Shown: positions 28,601-38,900 of the stretch, piece by piece
Layout of the letters: each line of letters begins with the position of its first letter
Position numbering within the stretch: the stretch's first letter is position 1
From: an uncultured virus (IMG/VR IMGVR_UViG_3300042289_001232)
Lineage: Duplodnaviria > Heunggongvirae > Uroviricota > Caudoviricetes
Virus record (IMG/VR): IMGVR_UViG_3300042289_001232
Length of the DNA stretch: 64,000 nucleotides
Direction: 5' to 3' (one strand)
Program-made: the position numbers and the translations under genes
The notes under the pieces: generated by a model
Told to the model about the DNA's origin: nothing
What the model saw: the letters and a program-made list of their open reading frames with translations, nothing else
Databases searched by the model: none

Positions 28601-29629
28601 TTAATCTTTTAGGAATGTGTAAGAATCGCCCACGAAAGATATTTTAAAAAATGCAGATGCACTCGGACCACCGGTTCGTGTGGTTGAAAATACTCTAGGA
28701 GCACCAGTCCAATTGACCCATAGTGTAGACCCCACTCCACCATACCAATTAGCACTATCCATAAAAACACAACCAAGGGTTTTTGTTACAGTACCATCTA
28801 AATAGGTCAATGTAGAGTGAGAAGAATCAACCTGAACATTATCACTGCCAGTTACCCAATTTACCACAATTGCCTCCCACGGCTCAACAGTTGTATTTAT
28901 TGTCTGTCCTGTTGAATATCCAATTGGACTAGAAATGGTCCATTTATTTGGCAAAAAAAACCAGTATCCCATGTGACCCCCATTACACCCACCGGTGGAG
29001 TGGAAGGCTTGTGCAACACCTACTAATTCTTTGAGTTTTTTGTTATTACGAGATCTAAACGCTTGCATATATCCATAAGACGGTATTGCTTGAGTTACAG
29101 AACTAGGAACTGCGGCAGGATCACCGTCGCCAAGTAATACAGATGATGCAGATCCAGGTGTATCCCATGAAGCAGTATATGTAATGAGAGTATTTTCCAT
29201 ACAATGTTGTGCGTTTATAATGTATGGGTTCCCTATTATTGCCTGAGCCGGAGTATTAACCATCTGTAAAGTGACATTCATACCACAACCGCCACCAATG
29301 TGACCCCTCATAAACGGATAATTTGTACTCTGACCGAGTGCTTGATAACGGCCACCGATGTGACCATTTGCTGCATAGGAAGATGGATTGTATGGATTAT
29401 TGGGGGCTTTGGATAAGAATGCCTTCATGGAGGCTTCTCTTCCGAGATGTAAACCCTTTCCGGTAAAATCCGAAAATTTCAGTGGTGGAGTATCTGGAAT
29501 TCCTATATCTCTTCCCGTATATCCGTGAAGATTGTTCGCTGTACCCCCCACAACTCTTGGACCAAAAGTATCACGAATATCAGCCAAGAGATCAATACTT
29601 GTTGCAGGAATAGACGCAGTGAATGGCAT
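28601..29629 (-). CDS. Putative tail-fibre tip adhesin/receptor-binding protein
   Basis: Follows the long fibre gene. N-terminal SIDLLADIRDTFG...GIPDTPPLKFSDFTGK resembles fibre-tip attachment domains. Unique Gly/aromatic-rich C-terminus. Confidence 0.5.
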   Translation of the reverse strand: MPFTASIPATSIDLLADIRDTFGPRVVGGTANNLHGYTGRDIGIPDTPPLKFSDFTGKGLHLGREASMKAFLSKAPNNPYNPSSYAANGHIGGRYQALGQSTNYPFMRGHIGGGCGMNVTLQMVNTPAQAIIGNPYIINAQHCMENTLITYTASWDTPGSASSVLLGDGDPAAVPSSVTQAIPSYGYMQAFRSRNNKKLKELVGVAQAFHSTGGCNGGHMGYWFFLPNKWTISSPIGYSTGQTINTTVEPWEAIVVNWVTGSDNVQVDSSHSTLTYLDGTVTKTLGCVFMDSANWYGGVGSTLWVNWTGAPRVFSTTRTGGPSASAFFKISFVGDSYTFLKD

Positions 29630-32600
29630 TACTTATCATCTCCATTGCTTCTGAGTTTATTCAATTCATCTTTCACAGATTTCAATTCTACTGTCAAACT
29701 ATTGACCTTTGTATCGAGTTTCTTGATACCCTCAACGAGTAAACCTACCAAGTTTCCATATGCAAGTGAGTAGTGTGAAGTTTCATCACCATAGACCGCT
29801 TCTGGAAGAACCTTTGCAACATCTTGAGCAATTAGACCCGTTCTTCTCTTACCGTCTTTATCCGTATAAAGAACACCATTAATGGAATTGATTTTCTCGA
29901 TAGAATTCTCTATCGGAGTTATATTGGTCTTCAATCTTGCATCTGATAGAGCAGTCATATCGCCCGAAGAAACAATAGCACCATCAACAGAAAGCCTTTG
30001 GCTTGGTGCAGTTATACCAATACCAATATTTCCATTGTTCTGTTCAATAATGCCATGGAATAATGGAGATTTGGTATATGTATTACCACTAATACCAGTT
30101 GGTTGCGTTGCCTGACTCAAGTACATATCCCATCCTGAGCCGTAATTATTTTGATTACTATATGATGCTATGAGGGTATCGAGATAAACATTTGAGTAGT
30201 GCCATTGTGTTCCAGTAACACCAAGAAGAATTACTGTTCTATCTTCGTTCGGAAGATAGTCAAATCTAACATTTCCATTAAATGGGGATCTTCCACGCAC
30301 CTCAACACTTGGTGATACCCATTGTGCGATTGTTGAAGGAGCACTACCAGTTCTCGCAAATCCATATAAATTACATTCCCACGATTCATTTGCATTCAAA
30401 CCATGGCCTTTAACAGTCAATTGCAGTTGGGTTTGAGACCACCCCTTTGGCGATTTGATCACAAGAGTGCCTGCGGTAAATCCTGCGCCGTACGCTTGAC
30501 CATCATCTGGTTCCCACATACAAACATTTTTATAAACTCTTGTGCCAAGAGGATCACCCGATCCGAGAGCAGCGTTTACTGTGTAATTTACCTTTCGTGG
30601 ATTCATACTAATAGGTCCACTTATTCCAAGACCTATTCCATTGTCAGATGTCGCACCATTAGTATTAACCGATAATTGACCTCTAACTAATCCCGTACCA
30701 TTAACATCAAGTTGAGTATTTGGTGATGTCAGACCAATTCCAAATCGCCCAAAGTTATCAATAACCGCACGTTGTACCATTCCCTGTATGGATGAACTTG
30801 TAGTGAAGAAATGGATCTTGGAACCAAAATTGTTGGACGTAGAAAAGAGCATACCCGCAACAGTGTTGGTGTAGTTCTGCTGATTTGGAAAACGTCCTCT
30901 TGTGGTTATGCCTGTCATAGTATTGTCAATTTGACCTCTATTGAACAGATGAATTCCACCATAAACATTTGAAATGAATCCTGCACCAGGATCTGTAAGA
31001 CCATGGTCCGGAACACCAATGAGGAGTGTTGTTGGTGCATTGTCTAAGGAATCAAGCGTCGCCGCAGGAGGATAAGTCCTTGTATCTGCAAGACCTAATG
31101 CAAAATTGCCTGATATTCCTTCGTTTATGCCACGCCTCAAACAACGACTTGTTTTTGCATTATCGAAAGAATTGAAATTACCACGAATACCACCAGTCCA
31201 TCCAGTAGACCACCCATCCGTAAAGTTGTACGATGTTGTAAACTCAGAAACACGAATTTTTGGATAAGACCATGTGCAATGTGTACCACCTAAAATTAAC
31301 GCCACTTTTTGTTTTGGTCCCCACTCAGATCCCGTAGCGGTAATTGTGGTGAAAACATCATTGAATGGACATCTGCCTTCAGTTGTGACTGTATTTCGAA
31401 TTACAGATATATCGCCTACGCCATCTTTATAAGAATAAAGACTTACATGTGCTGACCATGGACCGATGGGATCAGAAAAATCGAATCCATCAATCCTCAT
31501 TGAACACATAGTTACTTTTTCAGAAGGCCCGAACGGCAAAGCAATAACCATTGAACCGGTTAAACTAATTTGATCATAAGTATACATAAAACAATCTTTG
31601 TACACTTTGGGGTATATAGATTGATTGTTGACAATGTTTGCTGGTGTTACTTTAGTGAAACCATTGATTTCTAATCCATTATTGGTAACACCTTCCGCAT
31701 TAGTATAAGTGGAAGTGCCGATGGTATTTCCAATTGCAAGATGTCTTTGAACAACAGCATTACCAAATGAAGGGTTACCGAAACCATAAATATCTGCTAC
31801 AAGTAATCCGCCCACTTTAATAGGATATGCACCGTTGCCGTCACCATTTAAAAAGTGCAAATACCTTCCATTGTTATTAAATGGAGCAGTTCCGATTCTA
31901 ATACTAGTGGCGGCATCACTAGCCAAATCACCATGCAATCTAAATGAATCGCTTCCACCTACTTCAAGCGCATATTTTTTCGTAGTGAGTTTTTTACCAA
32001 AAGATCCAGTAAAACCAAAAACATCATTGAATTCAGCAGTAGATGAGAAAATTGAAGATCCGGTTAGTGTATTAGTCCTAACATTAGTAAATGATCCATT
32101 GGTTGCAGTCAAACCATGGGTAAGAGACATTGAACTTGCTTGTATCTGACCAGCAGTCAAACCATGAACAAGGAACATCGAAAAACCAGTAATGTGTTTA
32201 TCAAATACTGCAACATCCGTTGATCTAAATGTACCTGTAGTAATACCCTGACTAACAACACTTACTGTTGAAACAGATGCAGAAGTAATTGAAGATCCAG
32301 GTAAACCAAATAATGTATTGAATTTTGTAGTACCAGAAAATGTTCCATTGGTTGCAGTCAAACCATGGGTAAGAGACATTGAACTTGCTTGTATCTGACC
32401 AGCAGTCAAACCATGGACAAGAGACATTGAAAAACCAGTAATGTGTTTATCAAATACTGCAACATCCGTTGATCTAAATGTACCTGTAGTAATACCCTGA
32501 CTAACAACACTTACTGTTGAAACAGATGCAGAAGTAATTGAAGATCCAGGTAAACCAAATAATGTATTGAATTTTGTAGTACCAGAAAATGTTCCATTGG

Positions 32601-35600
32601 TTGCAGTCAGACCATGGGTAAGAGACATTGAACTTGCTTGTATCTGACCAGCAGTCAAACCATGGACAAGAGACATTGAAAAACCAGTAATGTGGTTATC
32701 AAATACTGCAACACCCGTTGATCTAAATGTGCCTGTAGTAATACCCTGACTAACAACAGATGTTGATGTAATACCTCCAATGACAGCATACGGACCTGCC
32801 ATATTATCGAAGAAGAAATTACTCGCTGTCAGAGTTGATACAAATGCTCTACTTGCTGTGATTCCCGCAGTTGATGTAATTGGTCCAAAAATATCTACGG
32901 ATGAACCTGATGCGAATGTGAATTTGGAACTGTTAAATGTGACACCACCGTCAGAACCATCACCAAGTGTTTTTGAATTAGTCCTGAAAAGATTTCTATT
33001 TGTGACTCCAAGACTTTGTGCCATATCATAACGAATATAGCGGTCATCGTGTTGATGTCCAGTCAAAATTCTGGCTCTCATTCCACGCAAACCACGAATG
33101 ATCCAATTTACAGACAAATAATCTGGCATCGAATCAAAGGGCTGTCCTTGTGCCCCAACTGGACCCTCTGCGGTAAATATATTATCTGCACCAGAATCAG
33201 TTTGAGCGTCAGTTAAATATCCCCCTGCTGCGGTAATTCCACCTGTTATCTGAAGAGAACCGATTGGTCCACTAGTTGTTCCTAATCCAGACAATTTTCT
33301 CAACCTATGGGAGTGTGCTGGAATATTATTTTCAATAAGTGTCTTAAGATTCGATCCTCCAAAATCCCCAATCTTTATATTTGGGTATAGAGAATTTAGC
33401 GATGTGGAGGTTAGTCCCCTCGTAGATCCAACAAGAACTCTTCTACGAATATCGGGAAGGAAGAATGTGCTTGTGAAAGTTGCATCTGTTCTTCCGGTGA
33501 CAATAAATCCAGTTGCCCCAGTTCCACCCACAAAGTTCTTGAATGTCACTATATTGTTCTGAACTGCACTGACATAAGTATCAACAGAAGCGTTTGTAAG
33601 ACCGCTAGAAACAGACTGAACCCGAACTGCGTCATTTACAGATAAATTTCTTGTTCCGCCATCCATGCTTACCTGGATATCTCTCAATCCACCAGTAAGT
33701 GCATTTGATGTCACCCCCTGTGCATAAAACTCCTGACCAATGATATTGTACAAATCTGTCCAGTCTGTTACCTTCAATCTATTGCCATCACAAAGTAACC
33801 AACCAGTAGGAATTTGCGCTGTGGGGCCAACAAACGGAGAAATCACACCAACAGGTTGGAAACCATCAATGTCGATCATATCTGTTGGTTCAAACAGAAT
33901 CTCCCCTTGATATGCTCTCACATATCCATTGTCACTACCGAGTGCTTGGAAAATTGGCTTTCTTACCCCGTTGATTGGAATTTGATTTGGTCCTGGACTA
34001 TCAGGATCAAGAACTAATCTACCGGCACTTCCAGTTGCACTTAGATAATAGGTACTTCCGGTGACAAGAGGAAGAAGTGAAGCAATTGATCCCGTAGATC
34101 CTGCAAGCCCGCTGATGAATCCCTCTGTGACTACACAGAAATTATTTGGATCATTTACGACACTAACCATTCCGATTGCTTCTGCATTTGCAGGGGTATC
34201 GGCTTTTGCACCAGTAAATCCAATCGAACCAGAACCAATTGTACGAATTACGTCACCAACTCTAAGTCCGTGGTTGGTTATCGTATAGCACTTAACAATT
34301 GATTGAGTTTCAATCCAATCACTACTGATCTTTCCAGATGCAAGTGCGACTGGAATTTGCCATGGAGTGGACGCTGTAACAGCATGTGCACCATCAACCA
34401 TGTCAACATTCAATCCTTGGGCAAAATTAAAAACCGTGTTATTGGATGATGCCGACCCAGTAACTGAAACTGTAGTGTATGAAGATCCCGACGCAGACGG
34501 CCAAACAATGAATTGTGTTCTTGCCGGACCTGTTCTACCGTGTGGTTTAAATCCAAACTCAAGAGGTTGATATTGACCTGTACCGCCTAGATCCTGTGAG
34601 TTTCTTTTTGTTATGCTCCAATACCCATGCTGTTCATTGAGATTTGTTGAAAATGATGTTTGGCCGAGACCACCAATTCGTATCGTTGCCTCCCCTGTTT
34701 GACCAACAAAATGAAACTTGTTGTTAAATTCATTGACTGTAGAAGAAGAAGGATATCCATACGAAAAGAATTTCGAAGAAACAACACCAGCAGTTGATCC
34801 GCTTACACCAAGGTTTACTGGAAATCCTGAAGGTCCAAGCGATATAAATGCATTATATGCAGAATCCCAAACGAAAAATTTATCACTTTGCGATCCACGA
34901 ATCCGAATACCAGATTGGTCAAGTTGAGTGTCCGGTAGGAATGCTTCTGCAATTGTCGGTTGAGAAACAATACTGAAGTCAAAATTGGTTCCAGTCAGAC
35001 TGATTCTACCGAGAATGTCAATGTCCGATGCTCCACCGAGTGTGAAGTTGTGAAGGTTCAGAGATGATGTAAGTCCTCCATATGTAATAGAACTAATCTT
35101 ACCTCTAGTCGTAAAACCAGCAGTATTCCCTTCACCTGGGTTATAGTAGAAAAAATCTTTTCCTTGGTAAAACGATTCCAATTGACCATAAGTTGTGCCT
35201 GTAACGGAAACACCAACAAGCCTAGCATATGACAATTCAATTAGTCTATCTTCGATTCTCAAGTCATTTGAATCTAGATTTGATGCTGTACCTGCGATAA
35301 TAAAATTACCATTAACTGTGATGTCGCCATTGAAAGAAAATCCATTTGGCAAATAAACCGTGGGTGGTAGAATTCGATCTGCCGAAATTTTCTTTGGGGT
35401 TCCTGCTCCGGTATTGAGTGTTGTATCTGAATTATCACTAACTACAATCCAATCATCGTTTGCCAAAAAGGATGCACTTGGTCTTGATGATACAATAGCA
35501 TTATCATATCCCGACGGATCGACAGTCGGAAGAGAGGACATATCAACTTGAACAGTTCCACGATTATAGTTAATACTCCCAACACCTATACCTGGACCAG

Positions 35601-35793
35601 GAACAACTCTGATATTAAAAATTCCTGATGTGCAACTCGGAGTAAATCCCGTGAGTCCACTTGTGGTTCCAAGGGAAATATCATAAATTTGAACTGGATT
35701 AATAGCACTGATGATTTGATTCGTTCTGTCGTACCAGGTATAAAATGTGTCTGACAGAATAAGTGATTGTATATTAACTAAATTACAGGACAT
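29629..35793 (-). CDS. Long tail fibre protein (2054 aa) with tail collar domain and C-terminal intramolecular chaperone (peptidase S74-like)
   Basis: N-terminal SDTFYTWYDRTNQI, collar PVGVISPFVG...PTGWLLCDG...FFLPDIR, GNIGIG-type repeats, C-terminal SDARLKTNI...GLIAQDV...YGNLVGLLVEGIKKL. Confidence 0.88.
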   Translation of the reverse strand: MSCNLVNIQSLILSDTFYTWYDRTNQIISAINPVQIYDISLGTTSGLTGFTPSCTSGIFNIRVVPGPGIGVGSINYNRGTVQVDMSSLPTVDPSGYDNAIVSSRPSASFLANDDWIVVSDNSDTTLNTGAGTPKKISADRILPPTVYLPNGFSFNGDITVNGNFIIAGTASNLDSNDLRIEDRLIELSYARLVGVSVTGTTYGQLESFYQGKDFFYYNPGEGNTAGFTTRGKISSITYGGLTSSLNLHNFTLGGASDIDILGRISLTGTNFDFSIVSQPTIAEAFLPDTQLDQSGIRIRGSQSDKFFVWDSAYNAFISLGPSGFPVNLGVSGSTAGVVSSKFFSYGYPSSSTVNEFNNKFHFVGQTGEATIRIGGLGQTSFSTNLNEQHGYWSITKRNSQDLGGTGQYQPLEFGFKPHGRTGPARTQFIVWPSASGSSYTTVSVTGSASSNNTVFNFAQGLNVDMVDGAHAVTASTPWQIPVALASGKISSDWIETQSIVKCYTITNHGLRVGDVIRTIGSGSIGFTGAKADTPANAEAIGMVSVVNDPNNFCVVTEGFISGLAGSTGSIASLLPLVTGSTYYLSATGSAGRLVLDPDSPGPNQIPINGVRKPIFQALGSDNGYVRAYQGEILFEPTDMIDIDGFQPVGVISPFVGPTAQIPTGWLLCDGNRLKVTDWTDLYNIIGQEFYAQGVTSNALTGGLRDIQVSMDGGTRNLSVNDAVRVQSVSSGLTNASVDTYVSAVQNNIVTFKNFVGGTGATGFIVTGRTDATFTSTFFLPDIRRRVLVGSTRGLTSTSLNSLYPNIKIGDFGGSNLKTLIENNIPAHSHRLRKLSGLGTTSGPIGSLQITGGITAAGGYLTDAQTDSGADNIFTAEGPVGAQGQPFDSMPDYLSVNWIIRGLRGMRARILTGHQHDDRYIRYDMAQSLGVTNRNLFRTNSKTLGDGSDGGVTFNSSKFTFASGSSVDIFGPITSTAGITASRAFVSTLTASNFFFDNMAGPYAVIGGITSTSVVSQGITTGTFRSTGVAVFDNHITGFSMSLVHGLTAGQIQASSMSLTHGLTATNGTFSGTTKFNTLFGLPGSSITSASVSTVSVVSQGITTGTFRSTDVAVFDKHITGFSMSLVHGLTAGQIQASSMSLTHGLTATNGTFSGTTKFNTLFGLPGSSITSASVSTVSVVSQGITTGTFRSTDVAVFDKHITGFSMFLVHGLTAGQIQASSMSLTHGLTATNGSFTNVRTNTLTGSSIFSSTAEFNDVFGFTGSFGKKLTTKKYALEVGGSDSFRLHGDLASDAATSIRIGTAPFNNNGRYLHFLNGDGNGAYPIKVGGLLVADIYGFGNPSFGNAVVQRHLAIGNTIGTSTYTNAEGVTNNGLEINGFTKVTPANIVNNQSIYPKVYKDCFMYTYDQISLTGSMVIALPFGPSEKVTMCSMRIDGFDFSDPIGPWSAHVSLYSYKDGVGDISVIRNTVTTEGRCPFNDVFTTITATGSEWGPKQKVALILGGTHCTWSYPKIRVSEFTTSYNFTDGWSTGWTGGIRGNFNSFDNAKTSRCLRRGINEGISGNFALGLADTRTYPPAATLDSLDNAPTTLLIGVPDHGLTDPGAGFISNVYGGIHLFNRGQIDNTMTGITTRGRFPNQQNYTNTVAGMLFSTSNNFGSKIHFFTTSSSIQGMVQRAVIDNFGRFGIGLTSPNTQLDVNGTGLVRGQLSVNTNGATSDNGIGLGISGPISMNPRKVNYTVNAALGSGDPLGTRVYKNVCMWEPDDGQAYGAGFTAGTLVIKSPKGWSQTQLQLTVKGHGLNANESWECNLYGFARTGSAPSTIAQWVSPSVEVRGRSPFNGNVRFDYLPNEDRTVILLGVTGTQWHYSNVYLDTLIASYSNQNNYGSGWDMYLSQATQPTGISGNTYTKSPLFHGIIEQNNGNIGIGITAPSQRLSVDGAIVSSGDMTALSDARLKTNITPIENSIEKINSINGVLYTDKDGKRRTGLIAQDVAKVLPEAVYGDETSHYSLAYGNLVGLLVEGIKKLDTKVNSLTVELKSVKDELNKLRSNGDDK
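32095..32758. repeat. 249-bp (83-aa) near-identical tandem repeat, about 2.7 copies, inside the long tail fibre
   Basis: TCCATTGGTTGCAGTC recurs at 32095, 32344 and 32593. AATACCCTGACTAACAAC recurs at 32242, 32491 and 32740. Confidence 0.95.
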
Positions 35794-35990
35794 TATTGTC
35801 TTTTCCTAAGTTCATCGATTACTGATCGGAGTTCAGATACTTCAAGTTCTAGCCTATTTAGTCGGTTTTTTTCTATTTCTTTTCGCCTCTTTTTTTCCTC
35901 ATATTCTTTTATAGCAATTATGTCAGTTGACAATATTGCTCCCGTTTTAGTATCACGAACGAGTTTGCTGTTCTTTACAGGAATTTTCAT
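35793..35990 (-). CDS. Small conserved-type hypothetical protein (65 aa)
   Basis: LVRDTKTGAILSTD plus a coiled-coil tail. Coupled to both neighbours by overlapping start/stop codons. Confidence 0.7.
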   Translation of the reverse strand: MKIPVKNSKLVRDTKTGAILSTDIIAIKEYEEKKRRKEIEKNRLNRLELEVSELRSVIDELRKRQ

Positions 35991-38900
35991 GTGGCAACCA
36001 TTCTGAGGTTCTTGATTCTTGGAAGTACTCTCTGATCATTTGAGTACATAACAATTTTTAATGAGAAGGCTCTGAATTGTGATAATCCAAGACCGACACT
36101 TGTATATGTAACCTCACGGAAATCATTTTCATTCTGTGAATATGCAGAATCTGTAGTTGTAAGTTGAGTATATCCAATATTTCCAAATACGCCCTCACCT
36201 ACAGGTAGAGGCCGGACAAAAACCTGAATTCTAGAGTCATAAGGATTGCAGAGAGAAAGTTGAACATGCAAATTGTTTGCTTCAAATCCACTCTCAAGTA
36301 CTACTTGTTTCGTGATATATCTCGATTCACTTGGAGCAGTCGCACCATAATTTGTTGAAAGCAATTCATTATTCTGTGAGAGTGTGTAGTTGTTGTTTAT
36401 TTTGTTACCAACAATAAGATAGTGTGAAGTTTCAGCGTCAAACAATGGAGACACATAGGCATTTCCTATCATATCAACTTTAATTTCTGAGAATTTTCCC
36501 ACACCTTTAGACCTTGTAGAAATATTTAAAGGTCTATCGATATTCTTGTTTGGCTGTGTGGAGATAAACGAACTACTAAGATCTGATAGCAAACCCTTCT
36601 CACTAAAAGAGATTGATGTGTTTGATGGATTTATGTAATTCATCTGTAGTCGCATCAAATCAAAGTTCGTTGCTGTCCCATAGTTTTCAGTTTTGTTCTG
36701 TAATTTAATATATCCAGAATTAGGAGAGAACTTGCAAAGATAAACAGAGAACTTTATGCAATCTGTATCTTTTTTCGTTATACTTCCTGTATTTTGTGGC
36801 TGAAACAAACTGTTTATTGAAGGTTGCTTGGTTGCCTTTCTAATCGGATCGAATTCCTCAACACGGATAATATCTTCCCCAATTGTAGATCCAAATACAG
36901 CATATTGACTACTATTTGTACTCAAAGAAATTGCATATTCATTTCCTGGTAGCAAGTAAATTGGACTTGAGAAAGAAAACTGCGTTTCATTTGAACCATC
37001 AGAACTAGTTGTTATGTCAGAGGGATACAAAGTTTTCGTCCCAAAGGGGATGACCTTTGAAGGATGGGGGTATCCGTTTTGTGTTGGTTTCAACATTAGA
37101 GTGATCGGAGTGTTGTTATCGTCTGAGTGTTTACTCAAGAAAGAAACACCAATATTTTTTACAAATACTCCATCTGGATACTTAACTGGATCTACGAAGA
37201 ATGTTTGACTTAATGGTTCAGTATAACCAAAGAAATCAGTTGACAATAATTCAGTTAAACTAGATTGTATTTTGTTGGTCTTTACAGATCTTCTACGAAC
37301 TATTGCGGGGCGAGTTGATAGTAAATTATCATCAGATAGTGTATCAATAGTTCCGGATACATTAAAGATTGCATCTGCTCCCATAGTTGCATCTGTTACC
37401 GAGTTCGATTGACTGTCTGTGATTCTAAACAAACGACGGCCTGTAAGGAAATTTTGTCTTGGATCTTGATCCATGATATATCTAAGATTATTCACTTCAC
37501 CATTTGGCGATGTCAATTGTGAATCGCCCGTGCAATATGCAGTAATGTCTATGTCATCCACAAACACATAGAACTTGGTATTTGGTTTGAGACCTTTCGC
37601 ATTAAGACGAATTTCATTATCTCTTGTGTAAGGAACAATATCTTTACGGATCACACGGGTGTTGGTTCTCCTACGAATACCCTCAGGGACACTGGATTTA
37701 AATGTATTTCCAAGATTAAAACCTCTAATACCAGCGACCAATGAATTTTTCGTATCTATTAGATTTTGTTTTGTTGTCACTTCATTTGAAGTTTCACGAC
37801 CATACCAAATAGATTCCCAGAAATTCCATTGACTATTAAATCCTATACCCTCTTGCCAAGAGTCGTTTTCACCACCAACATTAACCTTAACTGATGGGGT
37901 TAGACCTGTACTGAACCAGAAATCATTTGACGGCGAAAGTTCAAGAGTTCCGAGATAGTTGAAAACACTCGATGGATTCACAACGAATGAACGAGTTGCA
38001 AGAGGTTGAACTATCTCAGCCGATGTTGTATAATCAAGTGTAATTATACCGTTTGGTGAAACAACAACTCCAGAAGACTCAATTGGTCCCGTAACACCAA
38101 AAACTCTTGACTCAAATGTTGGTCGCAGTTCGTTATTTTCAAAATCAATCGATGCAGCGTACATGGGATCAACCACATCACTGATGTTATGACCTTTAAA
38201 TTGATCGACCAAAATTCCTTTCTTAGGAATCTCGATATCGTTTTCATCTACAATTGATATCGCCTTTGCTTCTTGCTCAAGAAGTGAGAGTGTAGTATAA
38301 TACTCTACTGCTTCCATTCTCTTCTCAATCTCTCCTATATCTCTCATAGTGTAGCGTTTGTTTTCAATAAAACGAACTGATAAATCCTTATTGTTAATTG
38401 TAAATGGATTGACAGTCACAGAGTAGAGAGTCATAGCATTAGGATTATCTGAAGGATATTGCCCATCGATTGTTGGAGTTCCTTTGATGACTCGGAACTT
38501 TCTATCTCTATCTAATACTATTTTGTCTGTCCTTGAAAGATAGTGCTTATATGTAAACAATTGATCATTTGCTGCTGTATTAACCGGAAACCAAGGAAAA
38601 CCAACAACTCCAGCCGTAACGCCAGTAGTTCCACGATCAGGACGGAAATCAATTGTATCTCGCAAATCGTACAATTCTCCTGTGGTTTTGCTCACATAAC
38701 TTGGTATATCACTATAGTTCAAAGAAGAATATGAATCGACAGTAAATGGTCCTCGATTTGAAGATCTCTCAAATCTCTTAATTGTGGCTGAGTATGGTCC
38801 TGTTATACCTGATACCCCTTTACGAAGAATCATTCTAGACCAATCATAAATATTGTCTCTCTGTCCATCATCGAATGTAAAAAATTGCTTAATTTGTTGA

